A DNA stretch of 64,000 nt from a virus. The stretch covers positions 91,224 through 155,223 of IMG/VR virus record IMGVR_UViG_3300020057_000029, one strand, 5' to 3'. Shown one piece after another: positions 37,747 to 46,587 of this stretch. Both the position numbers and the translations under genes were made by a program. Below the pieces are notes generated by a model. That model ran no database searches. It saw only the letters and a list, made by a program, of their open reading frames with translations, and was not told the DNA's origin. Every line of letters begins with the position of its first letter. Position 1 is the stretch's first letter.

Positions 37747-38880
37747 ATGTCTTTCGGCAACTCCTTTCTTAAAAAAGCGTTAGGCGAAGATTTTTTTGAA
37801 TCTTTGCAAAAAGTTGAGCTTTATAAGCAAGGCACTCGCACGACCGTAGATCCAGAGGAAATTGCCACGGCCCTTCAGATTGTACCAAGAACCTTGATGG
37901 CGTTTTTGGTGAACACTCTTTCTCCTTTAAAGGTAGGAGACAACAAAAGAATTCAGCTCCCTCTTCAAGAATCTGGCGTATTCCTCAATGCCACCAAGCT
38001 GGAGCGCGACGTTTATATTGGCAATATTGAGCAAGCCGGTAAGATTGTGACTGAGTATAAATTCAGATCCATTCCAGGGATTGGACTTATTATCATGTCA
38101 GCTTACGAGCTCTATGATATTAATAAGTTGATAGAGCCTCCAAAAGTGGAGGAAGACGTTGCCTCCAAAGTGCAACATATGATCAATGAACGTCTTGCTA
38201 TACATGATATAGTTGGTCAGGTGGTCGATAAGACTATGGCTGAACGTGAAGCGCTAAACAAGCTCATGCTCATGAAACTGACCAATGAGCTCAATGCTAC
38301 TAGGGAAGAATTAGAACGTGAAAGAGTAAGGCTTGCTGGCTGTGCCGTTGCTGCTCATGGTGGTGTAAAGCCTGGAGAACTCCAACCTGGTGACTACGGA
38401 CACTCTGCATCTTTGGACGATGTTCTACATCTTCGTGAAAAAAACGAGAAGTTTAAAAAAGACATTGCTAACGTGGCCAGAGTTTTTTCGGAAGATCCTG
38501 CTTCTAAAAGCGATGAGTATTTACGCGGCTTGGCCAACGGAATTGCTGTTGTTGATGCTACCATAAATGATAAGGAACCAGAATTCGTGGATGCACCCAA
38601 AAAAGGCTCTCAAAAACTAAAAAACTTTGTAGAGCGCCGAAAACAGCCTCAAGAATTTTCTATTCAAATGGCCAAAGGTGAGCAAGTTGATTGCCCTGAT
38701 TGTGGCAAAAACATCTTTGATGGCACTGTATTTTCTGGCTGTATTTGCTTTGGCGATGATCGCGAGCGCAAGGTTTTTGTTAGGAAAAGTGATACCGGAA
38801 TCAATGTGCGTTTCTCTAAAGGCTTTGATCCTGAAAATATCGAAATGCTTCTAGATATTCTTAGGAGAAAACATGGATAA
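37747..38880 (+). CDS. hypothetical protein with coiled coil and C-terminal Zn ribbon
   Basis: CPDCG...CIC; LKKA, MAKG. Confidence 0.7.
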   Translation: MSFGNSFLKKALGEDFFESLQKVELYKQGTRTTVDPEEIATALQIVPRTLMAFLVNTLSPLKVGDNKRIQLPLQESGVFLNATKLERDVYIGNIEQAGKIVTEYKFRSIPGIGLIIMSAYELYDINKLIEPPKVEEDVASKVQHMINERLAIHDIVGQVVDKTMAEREALNKLMLMKLTNELNATREELERERVRLAGCAVAAHGGVKPGELQPGDYGHSASLDDVLHLREKNEKFKKDIANVARVFSEDPASKSDEYLRGLANGIAVVDATINDKEPEFVDAPKKGSQKLKNFVERRKQPQEFSIQMAKGEQVDCPDCGKNIFDGTVFSGCICFGDDRERKVFVRKSDTGINVRFSKGFDPENIEMLLDILRRKHG

Positions 38881-40549
38881 TATATTTTTAGCAATGGACG
38901 CAGATAACGCAGGAAGAATGGTCGGAAGAGCCGTTCTTGCTAACGATGTTGCTGCTCTTACCGAAGTAAGCTCCAGAATCGATCTGGGACAAGAAATCAT
39001 CGCCAGGTGGGTTCAAGAACAGGGCGGAAAAAAGATTTCTGCTGGAGGAGATGAGTTCACAGCCCAGATGCCGCCTGGTTCTATTGAAACGATTGAAGAA
39101 CTTCGGAAGGACTATCAATTTGCTACGAATCTAACAATGACCGTTGGCGTAGGCAAAGATTTGTCCCAAGCTGGCAAGTCTCTTATGGCCGGAAAACTAC
39201 GTGGTAAAAATATCGTAGTGATATTCGATGAAACCGTTGATTCTGAATTGCAGTCCGCACATCTACATGCTGGAGACGGAACTGGATCGGAAGAAGAAAA
39301 CAAGCTAGACGAAGCGTATCTTAGCGATGGTCAACAAAACGAGCAGGGAGAGGACGCCGCCAATGATGGTCAGGGCGAATTCTCTGATGGTAAAAATCAT
39401 GATAGCGAAGCCAATCGTGAGGCAAAGGGCGATGATGTTGGGCCTGGTTCTACTGAAGAAAGCCCAGGAGAGGGCGTTGAGCCTACCGCTACAGATCAAC
39501 AAGCTGAACAAAATGATCAACAAGCACAATTTAACACAGATGGTGAAGAGCCTGGTCCAACCGACCCAAAAGCTCAATCCAATCCCAAAACCGAAGGTGC
39601 GGAAAAGCTAGAGGAAAAATCTATGAACGATAAATCTAACGGAAACAGTGTAAAACCAAAAAACAAGGAGATCGTAAATGAAGGCTCTAAAGAAAAAGAT
39701 CCAAAAGCAGGTCAAGAAAATGTTGACAAGCTTAAAGAAAAAATTGATGAAGCCAGCCCCGAAAGCCAAAGCCAAGAAAAAGATGTAATGGAAAATATTG
39801 ACGATGCAGATCTTGCAACTGGCCATGCCGATGGAAAAGGGGTGGATGACAAAGACTCCGACCAAACTCCTGGTGACATGGGCCTAGGCGATGAAGCAGA
39901 AGCTGGGGCTGAAGAAGGTGTTGATCCTCAAGATCCTAGTGCTTCTGAAGAAGAAGGCGAAGAAGATCTTAATCCAGATCAGCTTCCTGGCGAAGACAAA
40001 GAAGACCCTGACTACAAAGAAGTTCTTGGTGACGCGATTGCCTCTGAACAAGAAAACATTCAAAAAGAAAAAGTCGTACAGATGGTAGCTGAAGCCCTAG
40101 AAGTCTTCAAAAGTCAGCGCCATATTTTGGAACGAGCTAAAGAACAAGCCCCTGAGCTCTATAACGGCTCGATCAAAATGCTTCGCGCAATGATTGAAAT
40201 GTCAAAATTGCTTGGTTTTGGCGATGGGCTAGAAGATCCTGAACACGATGCTCAGCAAAATGGCGCTGACTCCCTGTTTGGCAATGACGAAGACATGCCT
40301 GCCGATGACGAAGATATGCTTGCCGATGACGAAGATATGCTTGCCGATGACAAACCTTTCTTGGATGGTTCTGATTCTGAAGAAGGTGCGGAAGATAAAG
40401 AGAAGCCTGCTAGCAAACCTGAATTTCCTCCTAAGAAAGATGGTAAATCTGCTAAACCCGACGTTTCACCAGACGCTAAAGGAAAACCTAGTTTCCCCCC
40501 TAAAAAACCAGAAGGAAAACCTGCTGGAAAAAAGCCAGCGGGGCAATAG
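38873..40549 (+). CDS. mCpol (minimal Cas10/GGDD-type) nucleotide cyclase domain protein with long acidic tail
   Basis: FLAMDADNAG, ND, ISAGGDEF, TVGVG, AGKLRGKN within the first ~118 aa. Confidence 0.75.
   Translation: MDNIFLAMDADNAGRMVGRAVLANDVAALTEVSSRIDLGQEIIARWVQEQGGKKISAGGDEFTAQMPPGSIETIEELRKDYQFATNLTMTVGVGKDLSQAGKSLMAGKLRGKNIVVIFDETVDSELQSAHLHAGDGTGSEEENKLDEAYLSDGQQNEQGEDAANDGQGEFSDGKNHDSEANREAKGDDVGPGSTEESPGEGVEPTATDQQAEQNDQQAQFNTDGEEPGPTDPKAQSNPKTEGAEKLEEKSMNDKSNGNSVKPKNKEIVNEGSKEKDPKAGQENVDKLKEKIDEASPESQSQEKDVMENIDDADLATGHADGKGVDDKDSDQTPGDMGLGDEAEAGAEEGVDPQDPSASEEEGEEDLNPDQLPGEDKEDPDYKEVLGDAIASEQENIQKEKVVQMVAEALEVFKSQRHILERAKEQAPELYNGSIKMLRAMIEMSKLLGFGDGLEDPEHDAQQNGADSLFGNDEDMPADDEDMLADDEDMLADDKPFLDGSDSEEGAEDKEKPASKPEFPPKKDGKSAKPDVSPDAKGKPSFPPKKPEGKPAGKKPAGQ
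40284..40351 (+). repeat. 21-bp coding tandem repeat x3 (DDEDM[PL]A)
   Basis: gatgacgaagatatgcttgcc units. Confidence 0.85.
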
Positions 40550-40562
40550 GTAGCCCCATTGG
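40513..40562 (+). other. programmed -1 ribosomal frameshift signal
   Basis: AGGA SD-like, in-phase A_AAA_AAG at 40528-40534, stem GGGGC/GCCCC 5 nt downstream; -1 frame open to 40761. Confidence 0.72.
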
Positions 40563-40744
40563 AAAACTACCGACCAAGCAAACCACCTCTCACGTAGCGC
40601 GTGAAACGTTGCCACCTGGAGCGATTAACGCTAAAGGGCAGCAAAAGGTTATCGACCCTGTTACTGGTAAAACCAGATTTATAGACAGGAAAGCCGGTGT
40701 AGTAATGAGTTCCACCGGAGTCCCTGTAAAATCGGGAGGCGTGA

Positions 40745-41497
40745 ATGGCTCTCAAAATTAACTTAGATCTTGATAAGATAGCGGATCATTTCAAGGAGCT
40801 AGCCTACGAAGTAAAACAAGATTTAGAAAAAGGCGTTGGCAGCTTAGCTGCAATGACCCATGCTAGAGTTGCTGAGATAGCCAGTAGCGAATTGAATTCT
40901 TCTAGAAAAGAGTTTCAAGAATCTCTTGGTTTTGAAGAGATATCTCCTGGCGTTTGGGTTGTAAGCGTAGATGAAAAAGGTCTATGGGTAGAAGAAGGTA
41001 TTAAGCCTAATACGGATATGAAGGAAGGCCTTCTACGAGAAGGCGCAAAAACATCGAAGGATGGCTATAAGTACAAGTCGATTCCTTTTGATCACGGCAA
41101 AGCTCCTTCGCAGATGACACCCTATGCTAAAACGCTAGTAAGTCAGATCCGATATGTTTTAAAAAAAGAAGGTATTTCTTTTAAGAAGATTGAGAATGGT
41201 CCTAATGGGAATCCTAGGCTTGGTAAATTACACAAGCTAGACATTGATTCTATGCCACCAACCTCTCGGGCAAACACTGGAGCTCTACAGGGCCTAACGA
41301 TCTATCAAAGCAAAAATGCGGCTGGCAATGTTAGACGAGACATAATGACTTTTAGAACGGTTAGTGACGGTCCTAAGGGTCAAGGTAAATGGATTCACCC
41401 TGGAATGCAGGCTAAGAAGTTTTTAGACAGAGCAGCAGAATGGGCTTTAAAAGAATGGGAAGAAAAAATTCTTCCAGAGATATTAAAGAAATATTAA
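40745..41497 (+). CDS. neck/tail completion protein (HK97 gp10-like)
   Basis: MTFRTVSD...WIHPG motif; position. Confidence 0.65.
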   Translation: MALKINLDLDKIADHFKELAYEVKQDLEKGVGSLAAMTHARVAEIASSELNSSRKEFQESLGFEEISPGVWVVSVDEKGLWVEEGIKPNTDMKEGLLREGAKTSKDGYKYKSIPFDHGKAPSQMTPYAKTLVSQIRYVLKKEGISFKKIENGPNGNPRLGKLHKLDIDSMPPTSRANTGALQGLTIYQSKNAAGNVRRDIMTFRTVSDGPKGQGKWIHPGMQAKKFLDRAAEWALKEWEEKILPEILKKY

Positions 41498-41498
41498 T

Positions 41499-42503
41499 AT
41501 GGGTATTTTTCAAGCAGATGTAGTTATCAAGACAATCGTGGAGCTCGCGTTCGATGACGTGCGCAAAAACGATTGGTTGGTTGATGATATTTTGTCTGAT
41601 TGCGTAGTAAACCCTTATTTAAAAGACAAGTATGGTCAATCCCAGATAGACGCGTGCAAGGAATGGTTAAAAAACAACCAGGTAGACGTTGCTCTTGGTT
41701 ATCTAGAAAATAACAAGCTTCCTCTAATAACGATCATTCTTGGGGCAAGCCAGGAGAAAGAAGGCATGAAATCCATGGCCGATCTTTCTACTGAAAGCAA
41801 GATTCTCTTGCCAAATGAGATTGGCAAACCGATCCCTTTTGTAATAAAACCATTTGTACCCGCTGGGTATGATCAGAATACTGGTATCGTTTCTTTGCCT
41901 CAGTCCGTTATAGATAAGGATTCTATTGCAGAAGGTATGATCCTGGTAAATCCAGAAAATGGCACGGGGTATATCATACAAGAAATTGTTCCAGAAGGTG
42001 TGCGTATCGAAGCTGGTATGGAAATTGATGCTACCCAGCTTGCAGTTGTACCCCAGTATCAATACTATGTCGCCAGAATAGAACATTCTTTTTTTCAAGA
42101 ATCACATACGATCAAGTGTACTGCGCACGGAAATGCTCAAGTATGTCTCTGGATGTGGGGTATAGTAAAATACGCCCTAATGCGCTACCGTGAAGGTCTT
42201 TTGGAAGCCAATGGCTTTTCTGAGAGTGTTCTTTCTAGCGGCGATTTGGCCCCAGACCCCCTGTTTCCTGGAGAGGGTGGCGAATTAGCATGGAGCCGAG
42301 CCATAGGCCTGACTGGACAAGTCGAGAATACATGGATCAAATCTCCACATCGTGTGATTGAAAAGATATCCTTAAAAGAGCTTACTCCAGGCGAAGCTCC
42401 TGGTTTTAGAGGCGGAATCAAGATTTTGAGCAATTTAGATTCTCCAGATTTTTTAGATAACAACTCCGAATGCTGGACAACTGTTGACGAAAATGAGGAA
42501 TAA
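41499..42503 (+). CDS. tail terminator-like protein
   Basis: LPLITIILG..E; position before the sheath. Confidence 0.5.
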   Translation: MGIFQADVVIKTIVELAFDDVRKNDWLVDDILSDCVVNPYLKDKYGQSQIDACKEWLKNNQVDVALGYLENNKLPLITIILGASQEKEGMKSMADLSTESKILLPNEIGKPIPFVIKPFVPAGYDQNTGIVSLPQSVIDKDSIAEGMILVNPENGTGYIIQEIVPEGVRIEAGMEIDATQLAVVPQYQYYVARIEHSFFQESHTIKCTAHGNAQVCLWMWGIVKYALMRYREGLLEANGFSESVLSSGDLAPDPLFPGEGGELAWSRAIGLTGQVENTWIKSPHRVIEKISLKELTPGEAPGFRGGIKILSNLDSPDFLDNNSECWTTVDENEE

Positions 42504-42566
42504 CTCAGGTTGTAAAAATAAACCCTAATAAATTCATGGGATTATCTCGTTAAACAAGATCCCACG

Positions 42567-42574
42567 TAATCTTA
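42567..42574 (+). promoter_or_regulatory. late promoter box
   Basis: TAATCTTA. Confidence 0.7.
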
Positions 42575-42601
42575 GAGTATATAAGAGTATTACAAGAGGC
42601 A

Positions 42602-43108
42602 ATGATGAAACACTACACCGCAAAACAAGTAGCTCTAGAAGTCTTGAAAAAAGCAGACGAATGTCTTAAGAAGTCTGAAATGCTCAAGAAAGAGCATGTT
42701 GAAAAAGACGCCACTCCTCCAAACGGTGTTAGAGCCCAAATAGCTCCTGAAAAGAATCCTAAAGAAAAGAAGGAAGAAAAAGGAACTGATCCTACTGGGA
42801 TGGCGGACTATGATGACAAGCGTTTAAAAAAATCCGAAGGTTTTTCTGGTTTAGCTAAGTTTTTAGAAGATAAAAAATCAAAACGTATGTCTAAAGGCGA
42901 AACCGGACATGAAAAAGGAATAAATACTTCTACTGATCCTTCGCAAAAAAGCAAGGTAATGATGGGAACCAGTAAAGCTGGATCTAGCTTACCAGGCGCT
43001 TCAAACAGCCCTGCTAAAAAAATAGCAGACGAAAATGAGGCTAAAGGCAAACACAAACAGGTGCTTGGCGAAATGAAGCAAATGCCTAAACCAAAGTTGC
43101 CGGTGTAG
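42602..43108 (+). CDS. putative head-internal low-complexity protein
   Basis: LKKA, LKKS x2, MSKG motifs. Confidence 0.6.
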   Translation: MMKHYTAKQVALEVLKKADECLKKSEMLKKEHVEKDATPPNGVRAQIAPEKNPKEKKEEKGTDPTGMADYDDKRLKKSEGFSGLAKFLEDKKSKRMSKGETGHEKGINTSTDPSQKSKVMMGTSKAGSSLPGASNSPAKKIADENEAKGKHKQVLGEMKQMPKPKLPV

Positions 43109-43110
43109 TT

Positions 43111-43392
43111 ATGGCAAAAAACCGCGATTACAAAGAAGATCCCCAAAATATGAGTATGCAAGAGGCTAGAGCGGCAAGGTTGGCCATGGCCAAACCTAAA
43201 GCGCCCAAAGAGCTCTCAGAATCTCAAAAACGTGAAGCTTTCCGTCTTCATTGGGCAAAAGAAAAGGCAAGTTACGGAAAAACAAGAGATCTAGAAGAAA
43301 TTCTCTGGCTGCATCTTAAGGCTACAAAGATGGATTCCCCAGAAAAATTTGACGATGGTTTAAAACATTTTGGACTTAAAAAAGAAGAGTAA
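43111..43392 (+). CDS. hypothetical protein (pre-sheath)
   Basis: Operon context. Confidence 0.7.
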   Translation: MAKNRDYKEDPQNMSMQEARAARLAMAKPKAPKELSESQKREAFRLHWAKEKASYGKTRDLEEILWLHLKATKMDSPEKFDDGLKHFGLKKEE

Positions 43393-43404
43393 GAGGAGAC
43401 ACCC

Positions 43405-45561
43405 ATGGCTCAAAGATTAGTAACTAGTTTCGTAAATACAAATGTACCTGGCGCTTACCCCAATCAAAGCGTTATTAGCAAGCCAGTAGGCTTTGCTTCT
43501 TCTGGTAACATCGTTATCATTGGAGAAGCTGATGGTGGTGACAACTTCGCTAACGTGGATCTGAAGAAGAATTTCTTTGGTCCTAGTCAAGCGGCAAAAG
43601 TTGCCCAACAGTACATCCGTGGATCTCTTGTAGACGCCATGAATGCACTTGCTGGACCTTCTGCTGATCCAGAAATTGTTGGATCTGCAAATCGTATTTA
43701 TATCTTAAAAACCAACTCTGGAAGCCAGGCTTCTGCCTTGGTTGATACCGATTATGGCACACTGAAGGATAAAAACTGGGGCTTGGATGGTAATAAATAC
43801 AATTTCAAAGTAACCCAAGTGGCAGCAGAGGCCGCTCCAGAAATTTCTGGTATTACAATCGTTACTTTTGGAGCCACCTTGAACGGTGCTTCTTTCAGTC
43901 TCCGCCAAAATGGTGGTGCTGCTGTTGTAATTGCTCTTAGCGGAATCGCTGGTGACCATGCGGACCAGGCCACTTTGATCATTGAACTTAACAGTTTGCT
44001 TCCTATTGGTGTCACTGCCTCTGCTGGCGCTGCTATTAATAGTATCAAGCTTGCTATGGCCGTAGATGCTGCTGCTAACCGTAAGGGTTGGGCTAAATCT
44101 CTTGAGCTTATCGATTCCACCCCAGGCGATCTCGCTGCTCTTGGACACGATGAAAACTTAATCGTTTCCGCTCAAGAAGCTGAAATTGAACTTTCCATTG
44201 CTCGCGCCGATACGAATCTAAGCGAAGTATGGGATATCGATGCTGAAGTTGCCTTTCAAATTGGATATCTTGGCACAACCGCTACTATGACCATAAATCA
44301 ATCGGCTAAGACCCTAACCACTACCGTAACAGGTGGTGCTGGTAGTAACTTGAGCTTAAGTCTGGCGAACTTTGCAACCCTTGGAAATTTGTCTGCTTTC
44401 ATTGCTACTCAACCTGGATACTCTGCTGCTATTCCGGCTGCATCATTGCAATTGGCACCTTCTTCCTTGGACGCTGTTACTGCAATCGGTATCGGCGCAA
44501 GTGTTGCTGGTGACATGCCTGGACGTGTAAAACGCGGTCTCTATGATTTCAAAGTATCTGTTGGTCAATCTCGCGCTCTTGCTTTTACTGCAATTGCCCA
44601 AGCTGGCCTGCCTGATGCTTCTGCTACCGCCTACTTAGCAGGTGGTCTAAAGGGCGCAACTACGGCTGCTCAAGTTGCCGCTGCTATCGCAAAGCTTTCT
44701 GGTCTATCTGTGAACATTATTGTTCCCCTGTTTTCCCGCGACGCTAGTGCCGATATCGCTGACGCTTTAACTGACAGTGCTTCAACCTATACAATTGATG
44801 CTATTCACGCTCTTGTGAAAACTCATTGCTTGACCTATTCAACCCCTAAACTTAAGAAACATCGCTCTGCAGTGCTTTCTTTCTGGGGCACCTTTGCTCA
44901 GGCCCAACAAAAAGCTCAACAGTTGGCCCAATACCGTTGTGCCATGACCATGCAACGTGCTACTCAAGTTAGCTCTACTACAAACCAAAGTGAAGTTTTC
45001 TTGCCCTGGATGAATGCGGTAATCGCAGCTGGAATGCAAGCTGGTGGTTTTTATAAAGCTATTGTCAATAAGCTTGCTAACGTGATTAGCTTTGAAGATC
45101 CTGCTGGATTTGATTCTGGTGACCCAGACGATAACAGCACTGCACTCGACGCTGGCCTGATGTTCTTGACTCAAGAAGACAATGATGGCCCTCGTTGGGT
45201 TTCTGACCAAACCACCTATGGTTTTGATACGAACTTTGTATACAACAGCTTCCAAGCGGTATACTTGTCCGATTCTCTAACCTTAGACCTTGCCTCTAGC
45301 TTTCAAAAAGCTTTTACTGGCAAAAACGTAGCAGATATCGATGCAGGTGCCGCTCGCGGATTCTTGCACCAGAAGATGGCTGAATACAAGCGTCTAAAAA
45401 TGATTGCTTCCAGTGTTGATGCTCCCTTGGGCTTCAAAAACGAAAATGTTGTAGTTGCCCCCCCAGAACTCGATATCGCTGTTGAAGTAAAACTCGCTAC
45501 TGCGATTTACTTTATACCAATTGATGTGAGTTTCTCGCAAGTAATTCAGACATCGGCTTAA
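43405..45561 (+). CDS. contractile tail sheath protein
   Basis: PGAY, IIGEADGG, NWG, DQTTY, FIPI; 718 aa; AGGAG RBS. Confidence 0.9.
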   Translation: MAQRLVTSFVNTNVPGAYPNQSVISKPVGFASSGNIVIIGEADGGDNFANVDLKKNFFGPSQAAKVAQQYIRGSLVDAMNALAGPSADPEIVGSANRIYILKTNSGSQASALVDTDYGTLKDKNWGLDGNKYNFKVTQVAAEAAPEISGITIVTFGATLNGASFSLRQNGGAAVVIALSGIAGDHADQATLIIELNSLLPIGVTASAGAAINSIKLAMAVDAAANRKGWAKSLELIDSTPGDLAALGHDENLIVSAQEAEIELSIARADTNLSEVWDIDAEVAFQIGYLGTTATMTINQSAKTLTTTVTGGAGSNLSLSLANFATLGNLSAFIATQPGYSAAIPAASLQLAPSSLDAVTAIGIGASVAGDMPGRVKRGLYDFKVSVGQSRALAFTAIAQAGLPDASATAYLAGGLKGATTAAQVAAAIAKLSGLSVNIIVPLFSRDASADIADALTDSASTYTIDAIHALVKTHCLTYSTPKLKKHRSAVLSFWGTFAQAQQKAQQLAQYRCAMTMQRATQVSSTTNQSEVFLPWMNAVIAAGMQAGGFYKAIVNKLANVISFEDPAGFDSGDPDDNSTALDAGLMFLTQEDNDGPRWVSDQTTYGFDTNFVYNSFQAVYLSDSLTLDLASSFQKAFTGKNVADIDAGAARGFLHQKMAEYKRLKMIASSVDAPLGFKNENVVVAPPELDIAVEVKLATAIYFIPIDVSFSQVIQTSA

Positions 45562-45584
45562 TAGATTAAAGAAGGAGAACACTT

Positions 45585-46031
45585 ATGAGTAAGGTAGTAG
45601 TAGGCGGACGTGCCAAAGTTTATATAGATAACCAGCTAGTTGGTATCTTTGAATCCTGTACGATATCCAATACCACAGGAACAGAGCCTATCCACTTGCT
45701 TGGGCGATACAGTCCAGACGAAATCGCGATCATTTCCCAAGAAGCAGTGAACATAAACTGTGCGGGTTTTCGCGTAGTTGGCTCTGGCAAACATACATTG
45801 CCCAAGGCACCAAAAGTTCAAGATCTTTTGAATTTTGAACCTTTTACGATAGTGATCACTGACCGTCAAACCGGTGTGACCCTGGAAACCGTTCTTGGTG
45901 TAGTACCTACCAGCAACAATAGCAACTATAATGCCAAGGCTACCAGCCGCGTAAATATTAGTTATGTTGGAATTCTGAACAGTGATGAGTCCGGCGCTCA
46001 AGATGAAGCTGGTGCTGTTAGTCTTCCTTAA
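45585..46031 (+). CDS. tail tube protein
   Basis: Follows sheath; EPIHLLG...EI; 148 aa. Confidence 0.85.
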   Translation: MSKVVVGGRAKVYIDNQLVGIFESCTISNTTGTEPIHLLGRYSPDEIAIISQEAVNINCAGFRVVGSGKHTLPKAPKVQDLLNFEPFTIVITDRQTGVTLETVLGVVPTSNNSNYNAKATSRVNISYVGILNSDESGAQDEAGAVSLP

Positions 46032-46056
46032 CAAAAACAAATAGTCAAACAGAAAC

Positions 46057-46078
46057 AGGGCCGAAAGGCCCTTTTTTT
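46057..46078 (+). terminator. rho-independent terminator
   Basis: AGGGCC-GAAA-GGCCCT-T6. Confidence 0.9.
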
Positions 46079-46142
46079 ATTTTAAAAATGAGGTTATCTT
46101 GACCTCCTGCCCACGCCTAAAATCATAGATTTTATTAGCAAG

Positions 46143-46150
46143 CAATCTTA
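46143..46150 (+). promoter_or_regulatory. late promoter box
   Basis: CAATCTTA. Confidence 0.65.
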
Positions 46151-46161
46151 AAAGTAACACT

Positions 46162-46509
46162 ATGGCCACACAAACTAAAGATACCACGTCAGCAGCGTCC
46201 CAAGTCGCTTTAGACGCTATTACGGCGGCAGCAAATGCTAAATTCATAGCAGAGGCTGATGCTATAATACTTGACAGGGAAGCTCTAGGTCAAAAATTTG
46301 TAAAGCTTACCCTAACGCCTGATGCTAATATAGCCGATATTATAGAATATTATCGTGGATTTGGATATGCTATTGCTCCCCCAAAAGCAACTGGGTGGCA
46401 AGCAGGTCAGCCAGCTCAGCTTTTTGGGTGGCTATGGGAAGCCTATTGGAATCAAAACATCGCATTGATCGATTATGATTCAAGAACCGTGATTATTTCC
46501 TGGAAATAG
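46162..46509 (+). CDS. hypothetical late protein
   Basis: Late box upstream. Confidence 0.7.
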   Translation: MATQTKDTTSAASQVALDAITAAANAKFIAEADAIILDREALGQKFVKLTLTPDANIADIIEYYRGFGYAIAPPKATGWQAGQPAQLFGWLWEAYWNQNIALIDYDSRTVIISWK

Positions 46510-46520
46510 GGGTAAGCGCC

Positions 46521-46528
46521 TAATCTTT
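46521..46528 (+). promoter_or_regulatory. late promoter box
   Basis: TAATCTTT. Confidence 0.6.
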
Positions 46529-46587
46529 GTATTGTACGCATGGGCGTACAATCGTATTGCGTAAGCATACATTGGCAAAGGTGACGC

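Noticed and set aside
38873-39230. Canonical diguanylate cyclase
   Set aside because: GGDEF is present, but the DGC FK..ND..GH..GD helix is missing and the flanking motifs fit mCpol; kept only as an alternative
40547-40597. TAG readthrough or alternative genetic code
   Set aside because: Readthrough adds only 15 codons; genes are full length under code 11 and all three stops are used
40248-40755. ORF-track entries 40248-40553 (+) and 40567-40755 (-)
   Set aside because: Shadow frames without RBS; the gap is better explained by the -1 frameshift ORF
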